From assembly GCA_964016885.1 (NCBI GenBank), contig OZ024742.1, forward strand, positions 219,046,001 through 219,110,000: a stretch of DNA of 64,000 nt. Direction: 5' to 3'. Below are positions 1-14,664 of the stretch, piece by piece. Position 1 is the first letter of the stretch. Each line of letters starts with the position of its first letter. Below the pieces are notes generated by a model that saw nothing but the letters and a program-made list of their open reading frames with translations, had not been told where the DNA came from and did no database searches. Made by a program: the position numbers and the translations under genes. This DNA comes from Eledone cirrhosa. Its lineage: Eukaryota.

Positions 1-201
1 AAGGAAATTTGGCTGCTATTTCTATCCAACAAATTACTCACTTATACTACTTTATATAGCAGAGGTACCCGGGAATGCCTGCATATTCTTCCAAAGCAAC
101 ACCATGGAGTAAATTTGCGGCTTCAGAATTCCTTGCAAACTACATGACTAAGGAATTAGGATCTGTGTGTATTGTCATTGAATGAGGAATTACGACATTG
201 C

Positions 202-3200
202 TCATTCCAAAGCCTCTGGATAAACAATATACTTGGTTTTGCCCTGTGGTGTCACAATGAAGAGACAATCAGGGTTCCCAACCCTTGTTGTGCCAACATA
301 GAGCTGACCGTGTGAAAAGACAGGATCTGCCAGATTCAACCCAACGACTTTTAATGATTGCCCTTGAGATTTATTAATGGTCATGGCAAAACTGAGCCTG
401 ATCGGAAATTGAAGTCTTTGAAATTCAAATGGCAAATTAGTTGGCTTCAGAGGTATTCTGGGAATGAAAAAATTGTCACCAGCAAATTTTCTTGACATGA
501 TTGCAACTTCTAGAACATTGGACATCATATTTTTGATGATAAGTCTTGTGCCATTACAAAGTTTTGGAGGATCCAGATTACGAAGTAGCATAACCGATGC
601 TCCAAGCTTCAGTATCAGGTTGTGTGGAGGAATTCCAGCTTGTTCAAGACTGTTCAAAAATTCAGTTGGATAGTTTACAACCTGGTCTTGAGAAGTGATT
701 GTGTCAACTGATTAATAGCATATTTTCTCTCCCGGTAACATCTCCAGCAGCCTTCTGTTGATTTCTTTCACAGCAACATTTTTAGGTGCAAACATTGCTC
801 GTTCACAGAGCCACTACGGATCACATTGCCTAGTCTGAATGTTTGGAAACACTCTGGCAACCAGTTCTTGTTCAAGGATATGGCCAAATGACAACTGAAT
901 ATGGTCATTGGAGTCCTTTTCAAGAAGTCCATTTCCCAATTTAAGTAGTTGGATGGCATACTCACTGACACCTTCGTCACCAGTTAAGTGCACTTGCATG
1001 CTGGTTGTAAGGTTCAGCAGCTGAAAGTGGGGCCAGAGATAGGATGTTTTCAGATAGGCATTGACCTGATCAGCTCGTGCCCCTCGAAGAATTACAGGCA
1101 GAGTTTGTCTGAAATCACCAGCAAGAACCATTGTCACTCCTCCCATTATGCAACTATTTTCTCTCAGATCCCTTATCGTCCGGTCCAAAGCTTCAATTGC
1201 TCCTTTATGGCTCATAGTAGCTTCATCCCAAATTATCATCTTGCATGTTTGCAGAAGCTTGCCCTTGGGTGAGTGCTTCTTGATGTTGCAAAAAGATTGT
1301 TCATGCCATGTGAGATCTATAGGCAGCTTAAACATGGAGTGTGCAGGTCTTCCTCCATCCAGAAGTGGTGCTGCAATGCCACTTAAAGCCACAGCAAGGG
1401 CAATATGTTGCTTTTGGCGAACTTTTGCAAGCAGGAGGTTTATGAGGAATGTCTTGCCTGTGCCAGCAGGAGCATCGATGAAGAAAAGCCCCCCCCCCCC
1501 CCCCTGTAATTTTTTGAATGTTTTCGATGATGTTGTGGTAGGCGTATTTCTGGTCATCCATCAATCGAGGTTCATTTTCATCCACAAACTTACGCAATGC
1601 TTGAATATCATAGTTTGTCTCCTGAAAAATGTCTTGTGCTACCTCCATTTCTTCATCTGGCTCTGGCATCTCGCTGTTAGCTAATGTGCTATTCATTGTC
1701 TGAACTCGATGGGACAGGTCACAGAGAGCTTGATTGTAAATCTTGGGGGTATATTCCATATACATATTGCCATATACATATTGTCGTCCGACATATTGTT
1801 TTTGTCCTCCTGCCAGAGTAGATGAGCTTCATCAATTCCACATGCTGTGAGCATAATAGCAAATAATTGTCTTATTTGACTGGCTACTTGAGTGAATGCT
1901 GCTTCTTTTAGGCACTTCTTCCAGTGTCCATTGTCATGCAGGAGTCCATGCTGTTTACATGCTTCTTGGTATGTTGCGCACTCCCTTCTTCTGAAGCACC
2001 TAAGATCCTCAAATGACGTTGGTCCTCGAACAGTATGCAGATGTAGCCGTAAATAAAAAAACATTCTCTGTTGTTGGGATGGACATTGTAAACACGCCCA
2101 ATCACTTGACTTGACTTCATGACCTTCCACTAAATGACACTCCTTTCTTCGATCCCAGGTCTTGCAATTAGTCCAGGTGTAGTATGTTGGGACTTCAGCA
2201 TATAGGAGGGATCGAGCAAATTCATCATTCTGGCAGAGTTTAAAGAAAGCAGTTAGTGTAGTGTCATGTGATGCTTGTGCCAACTGATGAGCAGTGATCT
2301 CAGTGAAGTACGCTCTCTGTCCATTTTCCAGATGGACTGCGAGGTTGACCACTGTTGAGTGGCGTTGATGCATATCAAATCCAAAGTTTCGCAAGATAGC
2401 TTCATTGCTGGAGATGTATCGACCTGTTTGATACCGTTTGACCTCATCCAGCCCACCATTATTGAGTTCTTTGTCAGTAATAAAGGTAGACATGTCTCTG
2501 CCCTTGTTGATATATATTGTGACATATAGGATTGCCTTGACGGAGCTGCAATACTCAACATTGATATGAGCTTTTAAAAGTTTACACAACAATTTGTTGT
2601 GTGGGACGACCCACTGATTGTTTATGATCAGCTCCTCTCCTTGAACTGTTAGGCTTGCAGTATCGCCTACGATAAAGCGGGTATCCATTATTGTCAGTCC
2701 GACTTTCCCGAATAAAAGCTCTAGGATAATGTTTGCTGCATGTTTGATCTTTCATGCAGGGAGAGGCTGGATTGATGACTCCACATGGACCATGAATGAG
2801 TTTGGACTTGATGGTTTCAAAGAGCTCTGGATCACCCCTTTATCAGGCAACTCTGCTGAAATGATCTTATCAATATCATCTGGTCTTATCTTCTCCTTGC
2901 ACCAGATTAGTGTGTGAGAGTGAGGAAGACCTCTCTTCTGCCACTCAATAGTGGTCATCCAAGCACTAAGTTCACCAAAGATTCTTCCTTCTTTTAGGAG
3001 CTAGATGAGTTTTTTTTTTTTTGCTTTTCATGGAAATCCCGAGGAATGAGGTCATGTCGATCCTTTGGTTTTTGATTTTGAAATAATTCATTTGATATTT
3101 GTGACCAGTTTGAATTGCATGTAAATGTAATGAAGAGATCTGGCCGACCAAATTTTCTGACATAGGCCATTGCATTTTGCGTACGTGGTCCTCTCGTGAA

Positions 3201-4622
3201 GCTTGATGGTAGTATGACTGGCTGGCCAATATTTCTTGGGTCAACATCAGAATTGATGGCATCTCTAAGGTGGATGTAGTTATCTGCCCTCAACTTAGTT
3301 TGATTCCTTCGCAGAAAACAAAATCTTTCTGTTTCAATTTTGGCATATATGTCCACCATGAACTGGCTGCTTACTTCTTTGAATCGCAGAACTTGGTTGA
3401 AGTGATCACGTACCATGAAATGATAAGCATAGAATTCTTTACAGCCAGTTTCTTGTCCCGTTCCTGGGCTGATCTGCCGTAGCTGAAAATGATATCCATC
3501 TTGACCATTCCAAAAGATGAGCGGATATTGGAGTGAATCATAGGCTCTATGAGTTTCACAAATTCGCTCCAAATGTCCACTTTGTTTTTGCAAAACAATG
3601 TCACGTCGTTCATGCTGTTCATAAACCATAAAATAAAGTACCAGTAATGCACTGGGTAATTGCTGGCCTTGTGCCTAAAGTAGAAACAATTATGATTGCA
3701 ACTTCATCAGTGACAAGTGCATTGAATCTGCGTTCATGTTCTGAAGCTAGGCGTTTGTCTGCCCTAATGATGATTTTATGATCTCTGGTTTTGTTCATAT
3801 GCTCCAGTGCATATTTAAATACACTGACATACATGTGATGTTGGCGAAGCATTTCTTGTAACTTTGTGACTATGTAGAACTGCAATCCACCATGGACATT
3901 GGTACATCTTTGTTGCGCCTGTGTTTCATTTCCACCCATGAAGTAAACCTGCACAAATTTGTGAGGCTCCTGTGAAAGTAACAGAAGGCCACCCATTAAG
4001 TGGTAACACTGTCCCTGAATTTTATAATTGTACAGAAACTAAAGTCAATCACATTCCTATCAGTCCCAAAAGATGTCATTTGAAAGGCAGAATTATATTT
4101 TATGATGTATTTATTGAAGTATCGTGCTTCAGGTGTATGTTGAAGGAGCAGATTCTACAGAAATTCAGGAGGTTCTTGTATTGTTTTAAGGCTCACTTTG
4201 CCTTTTGAGCAGCATAGACTTGGTGTTTCTGCTGCCCACTTCTTGGCACCACAATACTGGCAGCATTTGTTCATTTTCCCAATGTTGATTTGTGGATTAC
4301 TGCTGTAGTCCTTTTGGGTGTCATAAGAAAAAGCACCCATCAGCCAGTTCATTTTACTTGTGGCTTGTTCTCCTGCTCAAACAGTAGCTTGATTAGCATT
4401 TCGTCTGATTTGCTGCTGTTCCTTAATTTGTTGTTCTCGTGTAGCAGTAGTCCTTTATTCCCTTTCATCCAAATGGTGTGCTCGTGCTAAAGCTGTTTGG
4501 GCTCTGTTAGCAGCTAGACGGGCATGCTGAACTTCTTCACTTTCTTCAGATCGCTGTGTTTTCTTTCTCTTAGCCTCTGAAGATGACCTTCCATATAATG
4601 ATCTGGAACATTTTCTAGGCAT
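202..4622 (-). pseudogene. Helitron RepHel (HUH Rep + PIF1-like SF1 helicase), frameshifted and with stops
   Basis: Collinear ORF fragments: N-terminus MPRKCSRS (ATG 4622); CQYCGAKKW..CCSKGKV; YDSLQYPL; FGRPDLFITFTCN; IEWQKRGLPHSH (HUH); NQWVVPHN..HINVEYC; HLENGQR; DAPAGTGKT (Walker A); IIWDEATM; GDFRQTLPV; RLQFPIRLSFAMTINKSQGQS; FSHGQLYV. Confidence 0.95.
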
Positions 4623-4649
4623 TTGAAGTGATATTATTACACACCACAC

Positions 4650-4717
4650 GATAAAATAAAGTACCAGTAATGCACTGGAATAATTGCTGGCCTTGTGCCA
4701 AAAGTAGAAACAATTAT
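4650..4717 (+). mobile_element. 5'-truncated SINE tail inserted just upstream of the Helitron start codon
   Basis: GATAAAATAAAGTACCAGTAATGCACTGG...GTAGAAACAATT, flanked by the direct repeat ATTATTACACACCACAC. A similar tail at about 3628-3692 interrupts the RepHel ORF. Confidence 0.85.
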
Positions 4718-5173
4718 TACACACCACACTCTTTCCGAAACAGAAACAACTATAGAATGTATTGTTCACTCAGTAAAGTTGTTTTAAATGATCTCTTTAT
4801 ATGAATGTATATTAGGTGTAATTAATTTTAGACATATGTAGAAAATATTGGGATTTCAGATTGTATTTAAAAAAAACGACAAACACTACATATGTAGACA
4901 TATGTAGAAAATAAGCTTTGATGGTAACAGTCTGCTAAAGAACGACCCCCCCCCCCCTTCCTCATAACACATATGTGTGCGTAAATATATATATAAACGC
5001 GGACACACGTTAGTTAAAGAATCCCTCCAATCACCCTCCCTCTCTCCTGCCTCTTTACTTTTTTTTCTCTCTCCCATCCTTTCTCTTTTCTTATTGTCTT
5101 TTTCTCCCCATCCGCCTCACTCGCTTTCTCTTTCTCATCTCCTCTCTTTCTTTCTCTCTCTCATCCTCTACAC

Positions 5174-5483
5174 CAGTGCTTCTCAAACTATCTGATGTGG
5201 CGGACCGGCATTTTTTTTCCAATGTGCCACGTACCGCTAATATTTCGTAGTAATATTAATTCATACCGGAAACGATATATATAATGAATATAATAATAGT
5301 TGACCATTTTTTTATCTTCTATTTATTTTGTAAACAAATAATACAATATCAAAACATATAAAAAAGTAATTTAAAAAATTCCTCAAATGATTCCTTAGCA
5401 TGGCCTGGACACTGGCCGCGTACCGGTAGCTGATGGCTCGCGTACCGGCACCAGTCCGCAGACCACTACTTTGAGTAGCACTG
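5174..5483. mobile_element. Non-autonomous hAT (Charlie-like) MITE nested in the Helitron
   Basis: TIRs CAGTGCTTCTCAAA / TTTGAGTAGCACTG, with a perfect 8-bp TSD CTCTACAC at 5166-5173 and 5484-5491. Confidence 0.9.
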
Positions 5484-6554
5484 CTCTACACAATAGCAAA
5501 CAAAAAATAAATAAAAGATAAATAACATTGGGAGAGTTAAGAAGTGTGTAAAAATAATAAATAAATAAAAGTTAATGAACACTAGCCACTTCCTCTCTCT
5601 CTCTCCCATCCCATTACTCTCTCTCTTTTTCTCTCTCACCGGAATAGAGAACAAAAATTAAAGAAAAGATAAATAACGTTAAGGAAGCGGGAGAGTTAAA
5701 AAGTGTGTAAAAATAATAAATAAATAAAAGTTAAGAACGCTGGTTACTTTCCCTCTCTCTCGCTTTCATCGTCTTTCTCTCTCATCTCCTTACTCTCTTT
5801 CTTTCTTTCTCTCTCACATCCCCTTACTCTCTCTCTCTCTCCCATCTCCCACTCTCTTTCTCCCATCCACTCACTCTCTCTCTTTCTCTCTCATCCCCTT
5901 ACTCTCTCTCCCATCTCCCACTCTCTCTCTTTCTCTCTCATCCCTTACTCTCTCTCTCTTTCTCTCTCCCATCCCTCACTCTCTTATCTACAGACTGGGG
6001 AACATAAAAAAACAAAATGGATGATCTCTTTTGATATTCATTAGAAAATAAGATAAATTGAATTTAAATGAATTCCTTGCTTTGCAAAGTAAAACTTTTT
6101 CGACCGTTACCTGTCCGAGTGTATAGTGAATATGTACATGTAATTTTGAGGAGTTTGGTCCGGTAGTTTGCTAGTTTTAGGCGGACACACAGAATCGTAA
6201 ACTTGCATTTATATATAGATAGATAGATATAAATTTATATATATAATCACTGTAAATTCATTATTTATTTCCCTGCGTCAAAAATTTCGTCACACGCTTT
6301 GCAACCTGATCACTGATTATTCCACAAAGCCTATAGAACCCCAAAACACCTCACTCGAGTACGGGCGCAATCCACCCCTAGCTACGCTACCAGCTCTTTC
6401 ACTAAATCAAGAATTAAAAATTGTCAGATCGTTCTGTTGTAAAAGTTTGACAGAGGTCTTTATCTAGGTTATTGCTAACGTTTTGCTGAGTTTAAACTGT
6501 AATCAAAATTATTGGATAGATTGTTAATATTTATATTGACGGTGACTAACGACT

Positions 6555-6835
6555 GACTGGCACTCCGTCGGTAATGACGACGAGTGCTCCAGTTCATCTG
6601 TGAAATTAAGGAGCAAGTGGTTGAGCGTTCCACAAACACGCGTGCCCTTAACGTAGTTCTCGGGGAGATTCAGCGTAACACAGAATGTGACAAGGCTGGC
6701 CCTTCGAATAACCGGTACAACTCATTTTTGTCAACTGAGTAGACTGGAGCAGCGTGAAATAAAGTGTCCGGGGATGGAACTTACGACCTTACGATTGAGA
6801 ACCGAATACCCTAATCACACAACCACGCGCCTTCA
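6555..6835. mobile_element. SINE-like repeat, probably with its tRNA-like head on the minus strand
   Basis: Shares ...CAACTGAGTA.ACTGGAGCA.CGT.AAAT.AA and the CGA..ACC.AA.ACCCT.A.CAC end with the copy at 60830-61080. Confidence 0.5.
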
Positions 6836-7779
6836 CATTGACGGTGGATTGGCAGTATCGATAGAGTGTCGGGCAAAAGGCTTTGCAGCATTTAGTTACG
6901 ACATTTTATGTTCTGAGTTCAAATCCTGTCGAGGTCAAATTTACCTTTCATCCTTCCGGGTTCGATAAAATAAAATTAGTGATATCTAATTAAATGCTGT
7001 GTTTTAATTAGATATCACTATTTATAATGACAGATAACTGAGTTTTTAACTGTTATCAAATTTATTTAATAGATTGTTACTAAATTTATTTAATAGATTG
7101 TATATGTTTAAAGATCGTTAAATTATGACTGTTATCTACAGTATTAGATATATTGTCAATATCTGTATTGATAGACTGCTAATATATACATCTTTGGTAT
7201 CTTTTGATTAGGTATTTTGTATGTCTTAATGTAGAAGAGGCGTAACAGCCAAGATATTTACACACCAACCGATATTGATTTATCTTTCATTGTTATCGTG
7301 ACTTAAAGCCAATTAATTGGCAGAGGCGGTAATACGTCAGGCGGATGTTTAGCAGTATTTCTTCTGACTCTCTACATTCTGAGTTCAAATCCAGCCGAAG
7401 TCAACATTGCCTTTCATCCTTCGGAGGATGATTTACTATCGACTCTTCAAAAAAAAACTACTATGATTTTTTTAGCAGTAGAATTGAATAATCTAAATTA
7501 TCCAATGAACCTTGATATATCGAGGTTGATTTCACTCTAAAGATTTTATATTCAACAAAGTCTCTACCAATTCCATAGAAGTGTAAGTTAGACTGAAGGA
7601 TCTCAGATCTCCTTTTCACTATTTATTATGGCTTCAGATTGAAGCAAAGGCATTTAATAATAAATAAACATCTAATTAGCTTACCGAATTGTGTTCATTG
7701 AAACAATTCTTTCCGTTATTATAGACTGGAAAAAATTGCATCCGCCCCAGGTTTCGTCGGCGAATTTTAGATATGTTGT

Positions 7780-8400
7780 CAAATTGACAACTTTTCAGAA
7801 CCTCGACAAGAATGATACCAGGACCAGATTGCTTCCCATCTTCAAGTTTTATTTGGCAAGTTCTAATTCAGCTTCTTTAAACTCACCATCCTCAGTTTGC
7901 AATCGTCTAAGCACATTTTCTATGTTCTCTTCGTCCATATCGTTTTCTATAATAGGCTCATTGCTCAATAGATTTTGAAAGTGAATATACCAATTTTTTA
8001 GTCTCTTCTCTCTCGTCTTTCTGTTAACCATTCCTTGTTTGGCATTTTTATGACCAGAGATTGTGTTGATGAATCTCCAGCTCTCATTATATTTACTCTT
8101 TGTGTCAATATTTTCAACCTTTGAGATCATCTTATCCAGCTCCTCATATTGAATATTTTGGTCCACCTGTTTTAGATTTTTTTTTTTTTCATTTTTAATA
8201 ATGGCTGAGTCCCTTCATTGACGTTCGAGAAAGCTTCATTCACTTCTCGGCGTGCTTTGCTTTCTCTTGAGTCGTTGGCTGTTATTCTAACCCTTTAACT
8301 TTTCTTAACTGGTAAGAACTTTTCAACAGTCTCTGAGTTTACCTGTACAAAGCATTCATATTTATCAGAAATATCTAAAACACTTCATTTCATGTTGCTC
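7780..8400 (-). mobile_element. Decayed non-LTR retrotransposon fragment (endonuclease-RT linker region)
   Basis: ORF 7849-8166 contains SWRFINTISG...KRLKNWYIHFQNLLS...GEFKEAELELAK, typical of the region just before LINE RT. Confidence 0.6.
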
Positions 8401-9949
8401 GACTATACTCAACTGATAATGAGTACCAGCAGTAGCTAGGGATTTAACCCTGCAATGGACTGGCGTCATGTCCAGGGACTGTCTTGTACTCTCAGTCACT
8501 TAACACCAAGGAAACCGAGCTAAGCACCAGCCTAATGAGTCTCAGGCTCCAGACAGACTTTCGGCTGTCTTCTTTTTAGACTTTCCTACATTACTGAGAA
8601 TATATATTGTTATCTGGAATAAAATACATATCTACTGCGTGTTATACAATGAAAAACTATAAACTATACTGATTATAGTTTTTCAATCAACCGAATTTCT
8701 TGATTATTGAATATTAGTGGTGTATCTAAACGGTAAACAATCATCGAATCTTGCAGAGAATCGGAAATAATTGCTTGTATATTAGACTGTGTAGCGCAGG
8801 GCCGAGGCATCAGTTAGACAAACTAGAAGGCCGTTTAGGATGCAGTCGTAAGAGAGGTGCATTACTGAACCTTAAAGGATGACAGTTATATAGAGATTTG
8901 TATATGTAATAATTTCATGCAATCAATAGATAAATCACTAAATAGCTTTGCAGCGTAGTAGCGTTATGGAAATATCCAAAGCGGCGGGAAGGCTATGTGG
9001 TGTAATGGCCTGTCATGTGACTTGGTGTGGATGAATGTGGACTGTTAATGGAAAATGTAGGCATAATGATTTTTTTTAGTGTGATCAGAGCAAGATGTGT
9101 TAAAAACTAGGTTTGTCAGCTTGTCAAACTGTAAATTGAAATTAGTTTATTTTGCACAATGGGGTACTTATCTGAGAGAAGGAATCGCACATTGTAGGGC
9201 TAACCTAAGGCGCTAAATATCCAAGTGCTAGCTCTAGTATCAAGATGCACCTAACTGACTACATGGAAACCAATATATATTTTTGCATTTCTCAAATGAG
9301 CCAATGGCGAATTGGTAAAATTTCAACAATTCATATCACTATTTATATATTAGTCCTGACGCAATCAAATACTTTATTTCAATAGATTTAACTATCTATT
9401 GTAATAAGAAAACATGATTGGCTGGCTGTAATCTTTTATCACCACATGGATAACAAGAGAAACAAGCGAAAAAATTCTCTCAGGAAACTACTTAACTTCG
9501 AAAAATTGAAAAGCGAATAAGATTACAAAAAGAAGAAGTCAATACTCGACGTAAATTCGAGAAATCTGCTGCAAAACGACGAAAGGAAAATAAAAGCAAG
9601 GCCCGGGGTGAAAAGAATAGGAATAACTGAAAGTCAGTAAAATGAAATAAAGATGAATATAGAATAATTCTTGGAGCAGAAAGATAAAGAATTACGGAAA
9701 GTAGAGAAATAAACTCCGTCATTTTTTACGGGTACTACACTAGTTAACATATAATTATCCATAGGAATTAATAACTTATATATACGAATTGATGTAGATT
9801 CTTCATAAATGAAGCAAACGTTACTAACAAGGAAATACGTCAAGGCTTTTTAATGTGGTAGTATAGAAAATGTATCATAACTCAGAAACAGATTTTACTC
9901 ATTCATCGTTGTAATAATCTTGATTTCTTTTATTCAAAACTATAATCAT

Positions 9950-10222
9950 GGCCCTTTATGATCTGAGTTAAAATCCTGCCGAAGTTAGCTTTGCCTTTCA
10001 TCCTTACGGGGTCGATAAAATAAAGTACCAGTAATACTCTGGGATAATTGCTGGCCTTGTGCCAAAAGTAGAAACAATTATTATTACGTCCCTTTACGGT
10101 CTGAGTTCAAATCCCGCCGAGGTTAACTTTGCCTTTCATCCTTACGGAGTCGATAAAATAAAGTACCAGTAATGCACTGAGATAATTGCTGGCCTTGTGC
10201 CAAAAGTAGAAACAATTATTAT
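9950..10222 (+). mobile_element. Two tandem 5'-truncated copies of the abundant SINE
   Basis: GTTCAAATCC box B, TTTGCCTTTCATCCTTACGGGGTCGATAAAATAAAGTACCAG core and GTAGAAACAATTATT tail, present twice. Confidence 0.9.
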
Positions 10223-10554
10223 TATACCCTGCTGGATTGGCGGAATCGATTAAGTGTCAGACAACATGCCTTGTAGCATATAGTTTCGGCCCTTTACGTT
10301 CTGAGTTCAAATGCTGAAGATGACATTGCCTGCCATTCTTTGAATTTTCATTTGACGCTTTGTGAGGTCATTTGGTCCATTTCGATATATTTTTTATTAT
10401 TTTTTTTATTTAATATAGTATGAGAGGACAGGACCCTAGAAACACTTAAAATATTAAGACCCAGAAACACTTAAAATATTATGGTATACCCCCTCGCATC
10501 GTCCTATTTCTCTTGATAGAGTCTGTAGCTCGGTGCACCGGATGTCGTTCCAGG

Positions 10555-10808
10555 TTGAGCCGCTACTTCTCCGAATTAAGAGATCACTGCTCTGATATTA
10601 CGGACAAGGTCAGCATGTCTTTAAAAAAGAATTGCTTGATAGATTTTACGAGTAAAACCAACCGGCAGGAGACACAGAGGTAGACCCCGAGCAAGATGAT
10701 TTCATATCATCCTGGCGCTCAGCTAGTCCCGCTTGGGGATACAGCCGGATCTATTAGACAGGACCCGCTGGAAAGTGTGCTTGAGGACTCTGTTCCCACG
10801 ACCTTTCC

Positions 10809-10838
<30 letters not shown>
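10555..10838 (+). repeat. Interspersed repeat with (GAA)n tail; a related copy lies at about 51517-51770
   Basis: GAGCCGCTACTTCTC...GAGATC.C.GCTC and TGGGGAT.CAGCCGGAT are shared between the two loci. This copy ends in (GAA)n, like a retroposon tail. Confidence 0.6.
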
Positions 10839-10839
<1 letters not shown>

Positions 10840-13800
10840 TAACCCAGTCTTGTGAGTGAACTGGGTTATATGGATAACATGGGTTATTGAGTCAATACAG
10901 TATTAATGATTTATATCTCCCTATTACTGGTCCTTGGTCACGACACTTAGATTCACCTAACTGCAATTAATGTAAATACAATGGAAGTCGCTTGTTGTGG
11001 TCAATTTGGAACGAAGCCTTCTAGATAACAAACAACTGAATAATAAACAACACCAAGCAGGGCATATTTAGGACAAACTAATGTTGATAGCAATAACCAC
11101 TTAATAATATTAGTGATTAAAATAAGCGGTAGTCACTGTTATATAAAATCCGACAGCTTTTAGATTTTCGAGCATAGTTAAACCTACTTTGGTTAAAGTT
11201 TCCCTAATAACATATATTCCTTCTGTAAAAGAAGGACTGAAGAATTTTACTTGTTGATTTCAACTTCAACGACAGTAGTTATTTAGACCAAGTCTTCCTC
11301 AAATGAATAGGCCTGTGAACAAGTATTTTCAGAACTACATTGTGACTATTTTCAAGACTACATTGTCGAAATTATCCTTTCTATTTTCAAATAGCAATAG
11401 TGTGATTTGAAGTAGATTTAGCTGTTATTTCTTACAAATAGAGCGACCACACATAGCCTTCCTCGTTGGCTTGCTTCCAACATCAGTTTTGTAGCGGAGG
11501 GTGGATACTATTCTAAACTATCCTCACTCATGTGACTAACTTTATCATAAGTGGTATTCATGATGAAAATCGTGAATACAGTTTATACATTCAGGCAGGA
11601 TTTAGTTTGAGATTAAGCTGAAGAACTACACTGTCCAACACCCATCACGTGTTGAAAGCTATATTCTATCTTCACTGATTAATGTAGCAGTTTTACCACT
11701 GTTCTCTGCTTTCCTTCCTTGCTTCCAGTTTTTAAATTAAATGTGCTGCTTTCAAAATACACACATTTACACATACTCGTACACACACAGATGCACATGC
11801 ACACACACACTAACACAAGCAAACAAACACACACACAAATAGAATAATATTATGATTATGATGATGATGATAAATATTTGTTTAGTCTCAGAGTGGAGTA
11901 ACTGTTGATTATAGGAACGGGAATCTTTCCTTAATAGAAATTCTACACTTACTCTCCTCCTTCGAACATAAATCGTTCAGTTTCTGAGATAACATTGAAA
12001 TCTCAAATTTACTAATAAAACGAAATGCCACGAGATTAGAATTACAATTTTCGTTTGATTTTATTGTATCAAGTTTATGAAAACAACATCAGTTATATCA
12101 ACTTTCAATAAATGTTTGAAGAGATAAATGCCTGTTGCCCTACCAGTGATCGCTAGTGACTCAAAAGATAGTTAATTGTGTGAAGAGTAAACTAGGAGAA
12201 CCTCTAAGTAGTCGTCCCACCTACTAGAAAGAGTAACCAATTTTTTCCCCAAACATTTTCTACAGCAGCATCCATGATCCTTTTCTGGGGCTCCATGGCT
12301 GGTGGGTGAAAGAGAGGAAGTTACCCTAACACTGAAAACCTGACTCGAATGATTATAACACAGTGGACTTGAGTTAAGAGACAAAAGAAAAGACCAGGTA
12401 ATGGTGTTAAACCGTGCAACAGATTAATTCAACCACTCTTGCACTTGATGTTCCGAGAAAGGGGCTCTATCTTCATCCTTCGGTAATCAGAAGATGGGAG
12501 GTAAGTGTAAAAGCCAAACTCGCAATCATGTGTTCGGTATTCGTGTCAACCCTTATAAATCTTGGGCAATGACTTAAAGAATACTATCGCGAATACAAGT
12601 GGCCGAAATGGGGATCCACCGTTCCAGTCCGTTATTATCTACATATCCTGGAATAAGGTAACTGATGACGGTCGGAGATTAAACGATCTGAAACATGGTG
12701 TAGATGTAAATATTAAAAATGACATTAATAATCTGAAAAGTGATAATCCAATCAATAATATCACGATATTGTGAAGATGCGTGGATGGGTGGTTAGAGAA
12801 TTGAATTGGCAATCGTAATGATGTGAGTTCGATTCCCGGACCGGACGATGCTTTATGTCCTTCAGCAGTGCACTTTATTTTTTTACGTTGCTCTTTCTGT
12901 CAGGAGTTGTAACCGGCAGATAATATCAGCAATGGAAAAAAAATTAATGGAAACATTGTTTTCTTGGTCCGATTTGGCGAGTTCCATCCCACACGATAAG
13001 CGAATGGGGTCTAGGATCTTGTCGATAGATTCCATCAATAATATCCTGTTTCAGATATTTAGTTACAGTAACTATTGTTAACAAGGAAGTAACAACGAAC
13101 TGTATTAAATGTCGACTATACCAGAACAACAAATCATTCCGTCATTGCCATCTGGAAAACACCACAGTGCTTTCAAAGCACATTTGGAAATAGGATGACA
13201 AAGGAGGGACGGCAACGTTTCATGGGCAGTGGTATTTAGGAATGCTCCAAAGACAAATGATCTCTGCCCTCCAAAGACGTTCCACATTATCCGCCATCGC
13301 AAACCCATCGTAATTGAAACGAATGAGCTAATTTTCGTATGCTGACACGTATCCCAATTCTGATAACCGACGAGCTACGTTACTAACAACGTCTAAACTT
13401 ATTTAATTATTTTCTAACCAGATGATATATACTTCAACCGACCGAACGAAACCACAGTTCGGACTTGTAATACTTGTTTATCTCATGTAAATTCACACAT
13501 ACACATATAATTTTCATACACTTACAACATAAAGTTGTATCAAACACTCTTTATGATTTTGTACTACAAAATAAGCTCGTGCGTGCATGCGCGCGTATGT
13601 GTATGTACGTGCGTGTGCGTGCGTGTGTGTGTGTTTGTGTGTGTGTGTATGTGTGTGTGTGTGTGTGAGTGTGAGTGTGTGTGCGTGTGCGTGTGCGTGT
13701 GCGTGTGCGTGTGCGTGTGCGTGTGCGTGTATACGTAGACAGAGAGGGACTCAGATTGCTATTTGTTTAAAATGCAATTTTGTGTATGTTGATGACAGTC

Positions 13801-14143
13801 ATATGATTAGGTACAGTAATTTTTGCGCCAGAAAAAATACTGCATTTAATCACGTGACTGTCATCAACCAACAAAATTGCAGTTTAAACAAATAGCAATC
13901 CGAGCCAGTTTTTTTTTTTTTGTATGAAGCAGAATGTTCGAACTCCAGTTAGATGCGGGACACATCACAGCAGAAACACAAACTCCCCATCTCAATTTCC
14001 CTTTTGATAATCATAAGAACTGTGAAACCGGTAAATAAATAAATATTCTTAAAAGACTCCAGCTGCATTTTCAAATTCTTTTCCTTATATTTTTACCCGT
14101 GTGGGACATTAAAAGAAAACCTTACTTTCTTATATGTATATAT

Positions 14144-14459
14144 GAGGGTGTATGGTTTAGTGGTTAAAGTGTTGGGCTTGCAATTAAAAGGTTGTGAGTT
14201 CGATTCTCGGACCGGGTAATGCATTGTGTCCTTGAGCAAGACACTTTATTTCACGTTGTTCCAGTTTACTCAACTGTAGAAATGAGTTGCGACGTCACTA
14301 GTGCCAAGCTGTATCAGCCATTGCCTTTCCTTTGGACAACAACAGTGGTGTGGAGAGGGGAGACTGGTATGCATGGGCGACTGTTGGTCTTCCACAAACA
14401 AACCTTGCCTAGGCTTGTACCTCGAAGGGCAACTTTCTAGGCGCAAAACCATGGTCATT

Positions 14460-14460
<1 letters not shown>
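14144..14460 (+). mobile_element. tRNA-derived SINE (second family); related heads at about 12773-12890 and 51982-52090
   Basis: Box A-like TGGTTTAGTGG, box B GTTCGATTC, then GTCCTTGAGCAAGACACTTTATTTCACG. Confidence 0.75.
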
Positions 14461-14515
<55 letters not shown>

Positions 14516-14664
14516 ATAAATTAACGGAGCCATAGACTCTCGCTATTCCCTGTCAATAATGTGCTCAAAGGGGAAGGAATCCTGAACTGTGACTTCTCTC
14601 TCCCACGTGTAGCTGAACAGTAGCTTTAAATTCTCTTAGAGTTGTCTGAAATGTATAGCCTTAC

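Larger units (their letters stand above)
56..6219 (-). mobile_element. Decayed autonomous Helitron (rolling-circle transposon), approximate full extent
   Basis: Minus-strand 5' end reads TC-TATATATAAA (GA at 6218-6219, followed by T). A GC-rich hairpin-like 3' end with a mutated CTAG lies at 56-92. It encloses RepHel ORF fragments, and its 5' subterminal sequence resembles that of the small Helitron at 33016-33869. Confidence 0.7.

Noticed and set aside
9440-9720. Lys/Arg/Glu-rich reading resembling a Helitron N-terminus or an exon
   Set aside because: It is short and low-complexity with no recognisable motif or clear splice context.
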